A stretch of DNA of 64,000 nucleotides. Source: Lama glama (lineage: Eukaryota). The notes below the pieces were generated by a model. That model did no database searches. It worked only from the letters and a program-made list of their open reading frames with translations, and had not been told where the DNA came from. Positions 25,270-38,630 of the stretch are shown here, one piece after another; the stretch's first letter is position 1; the number at the start of each line of letters is the position of its first letter. The DNA is taken from NCBI GenBank assembly GCA_028534125.1, contig CM052817.1:98706001-98770000 (forward strand). The letters run 5' to 3'. Position numbers and translations under genes: made by a program.

Positions 25270-26080
25270 ATTACTATGGTTGACTGTGGCTGATAGGATG
25301 TGATGAGATTGGTGGCATATTATCTGCGAGGTCAGTCTCCCTCCCTGCCCCCTCCAAGGACACAGGGACATGGGTTGAGGCCCAGAGTATCAGCCCCTCA
25401 CTGGCTCCATCCCATCTTTGNNNNNNNNNNNNNNNNNNNNNNNNNNNNNNNNNNNNNNNNNNNNNNNNNNNNNNNNNNNNNNNNNNNNNNNNNNNNNNNN
25501 NNNNNNNNNNNNNNNNNNNNCCAAATCCTTACCCTACATCATGCTGGGGAGCTAGTTTAGTTGACAAAAGACGTTTTGTCTCTTTGGAATAATCTTTGTG
25601 TCTGGCCAATGGCCATCAGGTGATCATCAGCAGATACAGCAACACTCCTCTCACCAAAGAATGAAAATATTGTATTTTTCCTGGGCAAGGCTGGTAGATA
25701 GATCTGACTATTCGTGCCCCATGTATGACTACAAATGGGTGTGTTGGGCCCAGTATATGCACAGCCCTAGATTCGCTTGGCTCTACCCGCTTGCACCATG
25801 AAAAGCCTCAGCTACCGCCACTCACTTCCAAACTCCCAGAGCTCTTCCAGATGCCCCTTGAGTGAGGGCCAGGCTTGGAGACAATCTCTTTTACACCCAT
25901 AATGGCAAGACCTGTAACAGCCCTGGTCTCCATGCCTAGTCTGCCTGAATCCACAGAATTTCTGCCCCTGGGAAAGGACAGTACCTCCAGTTGTGCAATC
26001 TGCCTTCCCCACTGGGGCCATGTTATTCAGCTAGTAAGTGTTCCAGCAGGAAGTCAAACTAACTGATTCAGAGGAAATTT
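25270..26080 (-). mobile_element. Possible decayed LTR-retroelement internal sequence around the gap
   Basis: Composition resembles ERVL/MaLR internal DNA; weak dUTPase-like GRQIAQLEVL on the minus strand near 25980-26010. Confidence 0.3.
25421..25520. other. Assembly gap (100 N)
   Basis: Run of N. Confidence 1.
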
Positions 26081-26403
26081 ATTAAAAGGGTCTGTTTTGC
26101 GCCAGGCATCGTTTTAGAACCTGGGGACACTATGATGAACCAAAGTTCCAGTTTTCAACAAGCTCATATTCTCTTGGGGAACCTCCGGTTATCTGACTTG
26201 GAGCCTGGGCTTTTAACCCTTATGGCACACTGCCAGCTTCAATGACCCAAGGGATATACGTATGTTCCAGTTCTCTTTTCTTTCCAAATTGCACTATTTG
26301 GTAAGAAAAGAGAAACTAAATATGTAAGATCAGTTATAAGAAAACATCACCAAACGCTGAATTTCCAAGAGTTTTAACACTATCCCTAAGTAACATTGGA
26401 GGG

Positions 26404-26970
26404 TGTGTTGGGGATGATTCAGTGCAGGAAACGGAAACTACTCTTCATATTTTAAACAGAAAAGGGTTTAACACATGGAATTTGGTGCTAGTAAAATGCT
26501 TGGCAGAGCTTGGTCTCTAGAAATGAATCGTAGAACCGCTCCTTAGAACTGGCTCACTGGGAAGCTATTCCTCAGAGGCTACCATTTGAAGAGTTGACCT
26601 CGAGAACATATGGTCACAACTGCAGGGAAAAAATGAGGAAGTGGGGATGAGGAAGTGGGGATGAAGAAGTTGAACATGGCATTCAGCTTCCTCTCCATAG
26701 CAGCTCCTCCCAGTACATAGAAAGCCAGATAATGAATGCGGTAACATCACTAGCAGAAAGCTTGACATTTCATGACCTTGTTTGCTAATAGAATAATGCA
26801 AAGTTCAAGAGAATGGCCACTACTTCATGTCTGCCTCCCAAATCTCATGCAAGTGCACCAAACTGGAGGAACCTATCATGGGAAATGAAAATTTTCAGCA
26901 TTCCAAACTCTGCCACTAGAAGAATGGGTAAATAAGAATTCAATTACCAGTCTACGATGCCCAGTACACA
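26404..26970 (-). mobile_element. Old ERVL-type LTR
   Basis: tgtgttggggatgattcagtgcaggaaacggaaactactct...ttttaaacagaaagggtttaa...aaatctcatgcaagtgca...ggaaatgaaaattttcagc. Confidence 0.55.
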
Positions 26971-27780
26971 AAAGGAAAGACTGGGTTTACCATGTTGAAT
27001 GATCACGGTGGAATTACCAGTTAAGTCACATCTGCAACTTAGTGCCTCGTATAACATCTGACACATATTAGATGCTCAACAAATATTTAGTAAATACAAG
27101 AATGAATCAGTGAATAAATACACTGTGGATGTCACAAAATGAACCATAATGGCTTTTTCCTTTATTCCTTTTTTAAAATTATTCTTATATGACACAATGA
27201 TGTTTGTTTGCTCACTTATCTCAAATGCAAACTAAAATATTCGTGACTGTCTCATTTCCCTTTTGTTTCTATCTCAGGAGGTTTTAGGAAGCTCAGGAAG
27301 TGACATAAATTTCTTTAAAAATAAAGGAAATCAAGATGTTTCTCCTTCCTTTTGTTGGACAATGAGTTTCCCTTTCAAACTTTTGTGGTTGTTATTGCTA
27401 AATATTTCCTCCACGGAGAAGTCTTCCTATTTTGTTTATTTTTAGAAACTGAAGGTTGCATACAGAGAAGGGTTTTGAAAACTGGAATCTCAAAAGGGAA
27501 CTTCTGAGCCATGGCTCTTGATTTTGACCAAGATAGCAGCCACTCTGAATAGGGTGTAAGAATATAGCCCAGCATTGGGTCAACCTCTGACCTTCTTTCT
27601 TCTGACCAATACTACATTAAACGGTATTTTTCAACACTCTTTTCCCTTCTCTTTCCCTATGGCAGATAGACAACCAAATCCATTTACCCCTAACAAAAAG
27701 TCATCCAGTTATACACTAAGTTATACAAATTGCTGTCACAGAGATTTAGAACTGAAGGGAATCTTAAGAGTCATATCATG

Positions 27781-27972
27781 GGCGCCCTCCCTGTCCCCAC
27801 AGTGCATTGCCATGTGCATGGACCGCTACATGGGCGCATGGAACACCATGTCCATGCCTACAAATTGTGACTACAGCGAGAATGAGTCAGCATGTGACCA
27901 CAACCCGCCAGCAGGCCATCCCCTCACTCTTTCCCCCTCCTGTTTCCACAAATGTTTGTGAGGGAAAAAAAA
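27781..27972 (+). pseudogene. TIMM13: 5'-truncated TIMM13 retrocopy (last exon, short 3' UTR, poly-A) inserted in a MIR
   Basis: 27803-27897 reads CIAMCMDRYMGAWNTMS-(1-nt deletion)-AYKL*LQRE*VSM*, versus TIMM13 KCIAMCMDRYMDAWNTVSRAYNSRLQRERANM*. Stops fit CGA>TGA decay. A-tail 27965-27974. TSD aagagtcatatcatg (27766-27780) / aagtgtcatatcatg (27973-27987). Confidence 0.92.
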
Positions 27973-28341
27973 AAGTGTCATATCATGCTACCTTCTTGTT
28001 TGTAGGTGATAAACTGAGCTACACCGAGGTTAAGCATTATTCTGGGTATTCAGCCTCTACTCCTTACTTTGATAACATTCTCTCACATATGTTTGTTCAT
28101 CCAGTAAATATTTAGTGTGTATGATGCACGCAGCACTATGAGAGGACTTGCATGGAGATGCTGGAACGTTTTCAGGCACGTGCTCCAAGATACATCCAGT
28201 AAGTCACACACAAGTCCAACCACACAGGACTGTAACCCACTCTGCAAGATGACATGCATTGTCATGATTGCTCACTCCTTACCTGGGATTCCCCCACAAG
28301 ACCCAACCGTCCCTCTCTTCTTGTTAAAACCCTATGCATTC

Positions 28342-28528
28342 AAATAGATAAACAGGATTATACTGTATAGCACAGGGAAATATAAACAAGATCTTGTGGT
28401 AGCTCATAACAAAAAAAAAACTGACAATGAATATATATATGTTCATATGTAACTGAAAAGTTGTGTTCTATACTAGAATTTGACACAACATTGTAAAATG
28501 ACTATTACTCAATAAAAAATGTTTAAAA
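28342..28528 (+). mobile_element. Short young L1 3' end with TSD
   Basis: attatactgtatagcacaggg...gacacaacattgtaaaatgactattactcaataaaa; TSD aaaaccctatgcattc / aaaatcttatgcattc. Confidence 0.85.
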
Positions 28529-28572
28529 AAAATCTTATGCATTCGTCAAAGCCCAATTCAGTTATTAGTTAC

Positions 28573-28923
28573 TGCTATGGTCTGAATGTTTGTGTTCCCT
28601 CAAAATTCACATGTTGAAATCCTAATGCCCAATATGATGGTAGGAGGAGGTGGGGCCTTTGGAAAGTACTGAGGACATGAGGGTGGAGCCCTCATAAATA
28701 GGATTAGTGCCCTTAAAAAAAGAGACCCTCCAGAGCTCCCTAGCCCCTCCCAATATGTGAGGACACCACAGGAAGTGTGTGACCTGGAAGAGAGGTCTCA
28801 CCCAACCACACGGGCACCCTGATCTCAGACTTCCAGCCTCCAGAACTGCGAGCAGTAGATTTCTGTTGTTCATAAAGCCACCTGGTCTGTGGTTTGTCAC
28901 AGCATCCTGAACGGACTCAGACC
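28573..28923 (+). mobile_element. MLT1A-type MaLR solo LTR
   Basis: tgctatggtctgaatgtttgtgttccctcaaaattcacatgttgaaatccta...gacttccagcctccagaactg; near-TSD gttac/attac. Confidence 0.9.
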
Positions 28924-29059
28924 ATTACTGAATTAAGACTTTCTCAAGCCCTGCAATCACAATTAATCATTACGTTTTGTGAATTTCCAAAAGATTCCCT
29001 TTGCTTCCCTATCACAGCCTGTATCAGGCTGTCTTCTGGTGGGTGGGTATTATGTAGGT

Positions 29060-30690
29060 GGATACATATATATCTTTGTTGTGGTTCCAGCAAGACGGTG
29101 GCCTAAGATAACATGGAAGCGCTCCAGCTATAAGCCCTTAGGAATAAAAAACCACCACCACAAGCATTTTTAAAGCTAATTTCTAACTGAAAGAAAGGGA
29201 GTCCTCTAGTGCCAGAAACACAGAAAGAACTGAAAGCCAGAGTGAGAAATAGAAGAATCAAGGCTGTAACAACTTTGGGGAGCTGATGGAAACAGTGGTA
29301 AGATCAGAGTTTTAATGCCATTTAGGAACAAAAGCCCTCTTAGGCCCACCTGAGGGGGAGCAGGAATAGTCCAGGACCCTCAGAAGCTATAATCCCAGCC
29401 AAAGAGGACCAAAAATCTCAGCCAACAAGATCAAGAAATGACAATTAACTCTGTGTAGGAAAAAACGAGTCTCCTGTGAAAAATTAAAATTCCAAGCCTG
29501 TGGCTTTCATTGGTGAGTAATCTGAATTTACTTTATTTACTTGATTCTGCAGGTAACCTGAAGCCTAGAAATTATCGTTGCCTCTGGGGCACCCAGAGGA
29601 TGCTAATGTCAAACTCTGCTACCTATGCAACATGGGATGAGTACAGACAAAAATGAGCCTCACTGAAGGGGAGCTCATGATAAAAATCCATGAAGAATGC
29701 AAAAGAAAGAATCGAATCATGGGTACAATAAACAGGAGATTTTTTTTATCTCAGAATTTACTATATAGAAAAACAATCTAAAAGAAATCATAATCTAAGG
29801 ATGTGTTTTAAATTTTGAAAATCTACAGGGCATTGAAAAACAAATGGCCACTCACTACAAAAGAAAAGGCAAAAATTTTACAGTACAAATAGGGATATCT
29901 GATATTAAGTCCGCTTAAAACTGAGTTCCTTTACAGAGTTAATAATTTATCTCTCTATCCAAAATTTTATTCCCTTTCTTGTCCTCGCTGACCTCAATCC
30001 TGTGCTAACTAAACACTTATCCCAGAATCAGTTGACTGAGATTGCTGTTGCTGAGAACATTGATAATGGACCAAAATTGCTAGATATCACCATTGAATGT
30101 ACAAATTCAACAGGACAAGATAAGCTAACAGGCCCCCAAGCCATGGACCATCTGGCCTGAGAATCATAAACCAGAGACATCCTGACTCCCAAAACTATGA
30201 TTAAGATATGTCACAAGATGATGATTAACCCCAGCTTCTTTGTTCTTCCCCTTTAAAAATACACCCTGACTCAAAGATCAAGTTGGAACTGAGGCTTGTC
30301 TCTCACCCCTTTGCTCGGCACCCTGCAATAAATCCTTACTTTGCTGCGAACACCCACTGTCAGGGTTTGGCTTTCTGAGCCACGGGCACAAAAAGCCCTT
30401 GCTTGGTTACACATCTAGAAATGAATAGTCATTTAAATTTACCACTGAACAAATGGGGGTAAGCAGCAGGTTAGAACGAGCTGAGGAAGGAATTAGTAAA
30501 CTTGAAGACAGAGCTGAACAAATTTTCCTCTTTGTAGGACAGAGTTAAAGAAATAGAAAATATGAAAAGTCATGGGGAAAAAAAATGTAAAGGTCCAACT
30601 TACATCTAGAAGGAATTCCAGAAGAAGAGAACAGCCAGGATATGGGAGATAAAATATTTGGAGAGATAATGGCTGGTGGATAAAAATCAA
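29060..30690 (+). mobile_element. Ancient L1M 5' UTR/ORF1 remnant, split by an LTR
   Basis: ORF1-like aagcagcaggttagaacgagctgaggaaggaattagtaaacttgaagacag...aggaattccagaagaagaga resumes directly after the LTR. Confidence 0.65.
29900..30411 (+). mobile_element. ERV1-class solo LTR
   Basis: TG...ttggttaCA termini; TATA-like tttaaaaa; AATAAA near 30327; near-TSD tatc/catc. Confidence 0.8.
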
Positions 30691-30839
30691 TTGATAAGAG
30701 ATATAGTTTCCTCTTTTACTAGGTGACTGATGGCTTTCGATTACAAACTAATTGTTCATATTTATATTCTTGGAGCATTGGAAGAACTCATTAAATATCA
30801 ACATAAGTAGTATAATGTAAGTATACAAATATCAATAAA

Positions 30840-31335
30840 GGACAAATATTAAAAATAAGCAAGATGTGGCAGGTGTCACTAGAGAAGTGCAAAGAAAGTG
30901 CTACTGATGAGGAATTTACGGCCAGAAACTGCTTACAGTTGGGATTATTAGAGAAGAGTTCACAAAGAGGGAAATGAGTGTAATTTGACAGGCAGAAAGG
31001 AGGGGTTGGGCATTCCAAACAAACAGGATGACCGAACAAAGGCACAACGTGGGGAAAGGCAAAAAGCATTCAAAAAAAGGCTGGTGGACCATTTTGGTTA
31101 ATGGTTTGTCTATCTGAGGAGTGGTTGTGGGAGATGAAGAAAATAGAGCCAGACGATGGCGGCCTTAAGTGTCAGACTAAACGTTTTGGACTAGCCCGTA
31201 AAGAAAAAGGGCCTCAAGTAACTGATTGCTGGAAGTGTTTCAGCAATACGGTGACAAGAACAGAACTGTTGTTTAGGAAGACTGATCCAACCAACAATTA
31301 CATACAATATAAACTAGAGGGAAGACACAGGAGTC
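30840..31335 (-). mobile_element. L2 fragment
   Basis: gggcattccaaacaaacagga...aaaggcaca...ggccttaagtgtcagactaaacgttttggact. Confidence 0.65.
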
Positions 31336-31485
31336 AGGAAAACCCGTTGATTTGTGTGTCACAAAGGACCCTTGATAGTGATAGAAAATGCAACTCAAAC
31401 TGGCTTAAGCAAAAAGAGTTTCATTAGATCATATAAGCAAAATGTCCAGGGTAGAACTGGACAGGGACGTCTTTGCCCAGTGATT

Positions 31486-32249
31486 TGTAATAAAGAATTT
31501 GACTGGCCTTTTCCCTTGGCTCCTGGGAAGTAACCTCTAACTCCTTGGAATTTCCAGAGGAATAAGAGTACTTTTGTCACTCATGGTGGACCCTGATAGT
31601 TTATGCTGATGGGGTGACTCATGTTGGGCCCCCAGTGTATGCTAAGGAGATGACTCATGTGGAGGCTGGCCATGCTAAAAAGACCAACCATATAATTATA
31701 GGGTTGAGGAATTGAGCCCCCGTGATATCAGCCTGATCTTCACAGAGGGGAGGGGGGCTGGAAATTGACTTTAAGCCTATAGCTAATGATTTAATCACTC
31801 ATACCTACATAGTGAAATCCCATTAAAAACTCTAGACAATGAATCTTGAGCAAGCATCCCTGGTTAACAGTATTCTGTGCATATTGTTACACATCAGTGC
31901 ATCCTGACTCTGCAGGGAGAGGATAGAGAAGATTTGCATCTGGGACCCTCCCAGATCTTGCCTTTCTCTTCTGGTGGCTCGAAACAATTTGTATCCTTTT
32001 TGCTACAAAAAAAAATCATAACCATAAGTACAGTGCTTTCTTGAGTTCTATAACTCGTTTTAGTGAATAATTAAACTCAAAAAGATAGTGCCACCCCTGT
32101 AGCCAGTTAATCAGAAGTGTGGGCAGGCTGGGAACCCCTGAGCTTGCGGCTGCTGTTGGAAATGAAGGCAGCCCTACTCATGGAGGACTATGCTCTTAAC
32201 CTGTGAAGTTTGACTTAATTCTGGGCAGTTAGTGTCAGAAGGCATCGCA
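31486..32249 (+). mobile_element. MER21/MER77-family ERVL LTR
   Basis: tgtaataaagaatttgactggcc...agtttatgctgatggggtgactca...aagaccaaccat...ggaccctcccagatcttgcc...agttagtgtcaga. Confidence 0.8.
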
Positions 32250-32930
32250 GCCAGCAATGCAAAGACCCTGAGGTGGGGTCATGCGTGGCACGCTCAGGGA
32301 ACAGCAGGGGGGCCCAGCTGGCTAAGGCGCCTGGTGGTTAGGGTGACACACATGAGTTGTGACTGGTAGCTGGGGCCAGATCATGTAGGCAGCGGTTCTC
32401 CGCTCCGGCTGCATGTTAGAATCACTGGGGAGTTTTTAAAAGAAACCAATGTCCGGGGCCCACTCCGGGTCAATTAAATCAGCTTCTCTTGGGGTGGGCA
32501 CAGGCACCGCTAGTTTTATAACTTCTCCAAGTGATGTAGGTCCTGATGTAGGCCCTTGTTGGCCATAGTGTAAGGACATTGGGTATTGTTCTGAGTGTGA
32601 GGGGAAGTGGATGATGCCTGTTAAGCAGAGTGACATAATCCGTCTTAAGCCTTAAAAGCCCCACTCTGGCTGCTGTGTGAAGAACACTCTATAGCAGGAC
32701 AGACTGGGTGCAGGAGATCAGGTGAGAGGTGAGGATAGCTTAGAACAGGAGCCTTGTGTAAGTGGCAGAGAGAAATGGATCTATCTGGGATATATTTGGA
32801 AGGAAGGCAATTTGCTTATGAATTGGATGTGAGGTATGAGAGAAAGAAAGAAGTCATGGATGCGAGTATAATTTTTTTTTTGGTTTTGGTTTTGGTTTTG
32901 GTCAAAGCAACAGAATAAAGGTAATGCTAA
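32250..32930 (-). mobile_element. L2 interrupted by MER5A (32390-32536)
   Basis: tgcaaagaccctgaggtgggg...actctggctgctgtgtgaagaa; MER5 cagcggttctc...ggctgcatgttagaatcactgggg. Confidence 0.75.
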
Positions 32931-33249
32931 TCACTAGGGCCAAGAGAATGCGGTCAACTGGCCAGGACTCAGACACATGCCCACTCCTGGAGCAAGGGTG
33001 AAGTCAGTCTTGGCTAAAACACATCTATTGAGAGCAGAAGAGAGTATTCACCAGAGTAAAAATCAGGGCACGCCACCAACAGCAGTGGGGAGAGCTGCTG
33101 GGCGAACCAAGAATGACAGCTCACTGGAGGTCTGTTGGTTGTATTCTAGAGGACACACTGGGAATAAAATAAACTTCAAGAAAAAAAATTAGGTCTTCCT
33201 CTATGATAAGGTCTTCTTCCCAAATGATTCAGTCCCATTAGGTGGGGCC

Positions 33250-34625
33250 AAGGGGGCAGCCATGGAGGACCAGAGCAGAGCGTTTGTCCCCAGGCAGGGC
33301 TAGGAAGGCATTCAGGCAAGGACGCCGCAGTGACAGCCAGGCATCATATGTCGGCGTCTGGGTGGGGTGAGAAAGTCAACATGTAGGAGGACTGGCCTGT
33401 GGGGAATATCAGAGCCTAAGCAGGGTGAGGAGGGTCTGCACAGGAGAATCACCCTGTGCAGAGCATCTAAATCCATGCAGGAGGTGGCCCAACGCAGGGG
33501 GGCACTGGGATCTGAGTGGGGTGAGGAAGACAACAGTGAGGGGGCAGAGGCTGTGTTGTGAAGTGATGGTTTTCAAGATACATGGATGTATATACATTTA
33601 TGTCCCAGCTCTGTCCACGGAGAAACCCAGGAGCAGCTGAAACCCAGTAGCAATGAGCACACCTATTACCCAAATTTTGGCTCCTGAATATCATTCTCTG
33701 TCAAAAGGAAGAATGATGACTGATTTCAGGGCTAGGGCAGAGAAAGTACAGAACATATAGCCAAAAGTGAGGTGGTGCTAAAAAAATAAATAATGGGGAC
33801 AGCAAAAGGACATAGAAGTCAGCTTGAATGCATTGGCCAAATTGGGGATATTTTAAGTATTAAAATAAATAATGATAGTGATGGACTAAAACAGGACACC
33901 ATGAGTCCAAAGTGACAAAATAAGTTAATAAATCGAATTTGAGGAAGAATATGACGTTGACAGAAGTTACAAAGCGCCTGCCTACAAAATACTAATTACA
34001 AAGAGGGAAAGAGGTAAATTTTCAGTGAAGAAGCCCAGTAGGTAGCGCTTAAGTCAGGTGGTCAAAGGGAACATCATGGGTGATGAGACAAATGGAAATC
34101 AAGCCCCGCCACATGACGCAGTAAGAGCATAGCATCACTTCTCTGACATTCCCACCAAAAATGCATAACTTAAGCCTAATCCTGAGAAAACACCAGACAA
34201 ACCCAACTGAGGGGGACTTCTCAAAATAACTGGCCTGTAATCTTCAAAAGTGTCAAGGTCATGGAGGTCTAGGAAAGACTGAGGAACTGTTCTAGGTGAA
34301 GGAGACTGAAAAGACATAACAGAGAAGCACATGGTGTGGTTCTGAGCTGGATCCTTTGGCTTAGAAGGACATCACTAGGACATCTGGAAAATCTGAATGG
34401 GTTCTGAAGATTATGTAGTAGCAATCTATCAGCGTTGACTTCCTGACTTTGATACTTGCATCGTGCTGCGTAGGAGAATGTGTTTATTTGTAAAGATACA
34501 CAGTACATTATTTAGGGATGATGAGACATCATGTTGGCAACTTATTCTCAAATGATTCAGAAAAAAAATTGCTTTGTACGGAACTTGCCTTTTTTTCTGT
34601 CAGTTTGATGTTGTTAAAAAAATTT
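33250..34625 (+). mobile_element. L1MC3-like 3' end
   Basis: aagcagggtgaggagggtc block; gaaacccagtagcaatgagcacaccta; aaaataactggcctgtaatcttcaaaagtgtcaaggtcatg; aacttattctcaaatgattcagaaaa. Confidence 0.8.
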
Positions 34626-35199
34626 TTTTAAAGACAGAAAATTTAGGGTAGAGATTATTTTGAGTCTACCAGATAGAATTTGAACTAAGAGAGGAGAATG
34701 CAATTACAGAGCTCACTGATACCATTCAGTTGGGGACCCTATACAGAGGTTTTTTGGTTTTTTTTAAATCATTCATTTGCTCCAAATAAAGCAATCTTAT
34801 TAATAATGTTTTAAGGCTTTCTTCAACTATTATAATAGATTTTTCTGATACTGAATGTGGATAAATTTATTTAAATATCATCTCTGTTTGAAAATCTTGA
34901 CATTGGACTGTAGACTGAAAGGGATCTGGGGATTGACTAGAGCTTTTGTTGGAGGACTTTAAAGTAACTTTAGCACGAGTTTATACCACCTCTACCAAAA
35001 CCTACGCTGAGGTAAAGCTTTGCTCCAGGGAAAGTGTTTGACCATATCAGTAATAAAGAATAGCTGATTATTGTTATTCACCCTTTCCAACAACAAATCC
35101 AATATCCAAAGCTTACACATTCTTTGAATTAAAATTAATTTAAATATAAAGCAATCATCTGTAGGAGACACAGCAGGGCCACCACATCGTACTTCTCAG

Positions 35200-36384
35200 G
35201 TCTTTACAACATGGTTTACTGAATATTTTAAGCCCACTGTTGACACCTACTTCTTGGGGGGGGTGGAACAAAGATTCTTTTCAAAATATTACTGCTCATT
35301 GAAAATGCACCTGGTCATCCAAGACCTCTGATACAAGATGTACAACAGGATGAACATTATTTTCACACCTGCTAAACCAACATCCATTCTGCAGCCCATG
35401 GATCAAGGAGTAATTTAGACTTTTAACTCTTATTATTTAAGGAATACATTTCATAAGGTTACAGCTGCCATACGTAGTGATTCCTCTGATGGATCTGGGC
35501 CAAGTAAAATGAAGACCTTCCAGAAGGGATTCACATTCTAGATGCCATTAAGAATGTCTGCGATTCATGGGAAGAGGCCAGAATATCAACACTGACAGGA
35601 GTTTGGAAGTTGATTCCAACGCTCATGGATGACTTTGAGGGGTTCAAACCTTCAGTGGAGGAAGGAACCGCAGACGTGGTGGAAACAGCAAAAGAACTAG
35701 AATTAGAAGTGGAGCCTGAAGATATGACCAAATTGCTGCAGTCTCATGAGAAAACTTCAAAGGATGAGGAGTTGCTTCTTATGCATGAACAAAGAAAGTG
35801 GCTTCTTGGGATGGAATCTACTCCTAGTGAAGATGCCGTGAGGACTGTTGAAATGACAACAAAGGATTTAGGAGGTTACATTAACTTTAGTTGATAAAGC
35901 CGTAGCAGGGCTTCAAAGGACTGACTCCAATTTTGGACGAAGTTCTACTGAGGGTAAAGTGCTATCAAACAGCATTGCATGCTGCAGAGAATTCATTTGT
36001 GAAAGGAAGAGGCAATCGATGTGGCAAACTTCATTGCCGTCTTATTTTAAGAAATTGCCACAGCCACCCCAGCCTTCAGCAGCCACCACCCTGATCAGTC
36101 AGCAGCCACCAACACTGAGGCAAATCCTCCGTCAGCCAAAAGATTATGACTCAGTAAAGGATCTGATGGTGGTCAGCATTTTTTGTCAATAAAGTATTTT
36201 TAATTAATATATGTACTTTTTTTAGATGTAATGCGATTGCACACTTAATAACTCATAGTACAGTATAAACATAACTTTTATATGCACTGGGAAACCAAAA
36301 CATTACTGTGACTAGCTTTATTGTGACATTTGCTTTATTGCAGTGGCCTGGAATTGAACTTGAAATCTCTCTGAGATTTGCCTA
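35200..36384 (+). mobile_element. Tigger1 DNA transposon, 3' half with decayed DDE transposase
   Basis: Peptides ILLLIENAPGHP, SILQPMDQGVI and IPTLMDDFEGFKPSVEE...ELELEVEPED; 3' TIR-like end ctctgagatttgccta. Confidence 0.93.
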
Positions 36385-38130
36385 TGTTACTGTAGTAATA
36401 GTAACAAATAGTAATTAATTATAATTTACTGCAATACTGAAAGAAATATAATTTTATATTGTTACCAAACTATTAAAAATGAACATATCAGTTACATTAA
36501 GATACATTAAGATACATATTATTAGGTAATCACATGCATATACCTCTCCACCTTCAATGTTTTATATGTGTGTGTACATATATATATTATGGATACACAC
36601 ACAAACTGCAGCAGGTGCACACACAGACGCACATGCATACACATCAAATCTTTTGTATGAACAATAAATCATGATCAATATCAGTTATTTCAGATAGGAC
36701 TCTGGGAAGTATCAAGGAAAAGCTGTTTTTAAATAGTAAATGCACAGGCAAATGAGTATAGATTTACTAAAAGGTCTAAGTCTGTATAGTATCATTATTC
36801 CTGTATATAAGATAAATATATTGTTTTAAAACTTAAATATTTCAAAGATATGTATGGGGCGGAAAACATTTGTCCTAAAATAACCAGCTAATTGGCATTA
36901 TAAACCTACTGTAGGTATAAAGGTCATTCATTTTAAACTATGAATTCCTAAAGAGACCTCTTTATGATTAATGAATTTTGAAAGCTTGAAATGAACGTTT
37001 TCTAGAGTTAGCATATCCTGGAGTCAATTTCTATCTCTGCTGCTTAATCTTTCCTATTTCGTCGTCTGTAATCTGTTTCTTTAACTAGGTCATAACTGCT
37101 TATCAATCATTATAAAAGCTTCATTATCTTAAGTACTCAGGACCATCGTTATTTTAATCTAATATATAGAATGACAGGAACACAGTTTGTAACATTCAGT
37201 ACTTATATCAGCAAGGAAGGTGCTACTTAGAAGAGAAAACCACTAAAATCATGACTGACTTTAAGATAAACACAGTAATTCATTTCTAATTTTAAACAAA
37301 GCAAAAAGCCTATATTCAAAGAGTAAATTTTATATTGGGTTTGAGAAATTTGATTCTACAGAAACAAAACGAGAGTACTTCAGCACTTTTCCATGACCTT
37401 TTACTTTTGATACTATTAAATATCAAATAATCAAATAATTGCTGAAAATCACTGGTTTTGTCTCTGAATGTGTACCCATCCCTTATCTGGAAAGCAGGGA
37501 TATTACTACCTGCCTAGACTTTCTTCTTAGGGAGATTTAAGGGGAAAAAAAGTCAAATTTCTAAGAAAAAGGTGGCTTTGTAATTTTAATGTTTCTATTC
37601 TTTTTATTTTAACAGTTATTGCAGCTGAACTAGTAAATGACAAAATAACTGAATATAAGTTTGAATACATGGAATGTACATCCAAAGTGGGAGCCTCTGA
37701 CTAGAGAATTTATGGAAGTGAAATGGATCAACAGAACTACTGGGAGAACTATTAAACTCATTTTCTCATAGGAAAAAAGTATTTGTGTGGTATATACATC
37801 TAAAGCATGCATATTTGAATTTTTCTTCCACTCATCTGATTTTTCATTAAAAAATTAAACTTAAAATTTTTGAAAGACTCAACCAATTTTCTGAACCTGA
37901 GAGGGTAGTTTTAATCATTCCCTCATATATATTTGCAAGAAGTCATTATATTTGTAAAGTGCTAGAAAATCATGGCTGAAAAAGACAGTGAAACTCTCAA
38001 GGTCTGGGTATAGGTTATAAAGTAGGGGGAGAAAGTCTCTTTCTGAACGTCGTGGCTTTATAACCTTTCCCACTAAAGCTTGACAGAAAACCCTAGAATT
38101 TAGAATCACTTAAGATTATAAAATTTAAAA

Positions 38131-38630
38131 NNNNNNNNNNNNNNNNNNNNNNNNNNNNNNNNNNNNNNNNNNNNNNNNNNNNNNNNNNNNNNNNNNNNNN
38201 NNNNNNNNNNNNNNNNNNNNNNNNNNNNNNNNNNNNNNNNNNNNNNNNNNNNNNNNNNNNNNNNNNNNNNNNNNNNNNNNNNNNNNNNNNNNNNNNNNNN
38301 NNNNNNNNNNNNNNNNNNNNNNNNNNNNNNNNNNNNNNNNNNNNNNNNNNNNNNNNNNNNNNNNNNNNNNNNNNNNNNNNNNNNNNNNNNNNNNNNNNNN
38401 NNNNNNNNNNNNNNNNNNNNNNNNNNNNNNNNNNNNNNNNNNNNNNNNNNNNNNNNNNNNNNNNNNNNNNNNNNNNNNNNNNNNNNNNNNNNNNNNNNNN
38501 NNNNNNNNNNNNNNNNNNNNNNNNNNNNNNNNNNNNNNNNNNNNNNNNNNNNNNNNNNNNNNNNNNNNNNNNNNNNNNNNNNNNNNNNNNNNNNNNNNNN
38601 NNNNNNNNNNNNNNNNNNNNNNNNNNNNNN
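38131..38630. other. Assembly gap (500 N)
   Basis: Run of N. Confidence 1.
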
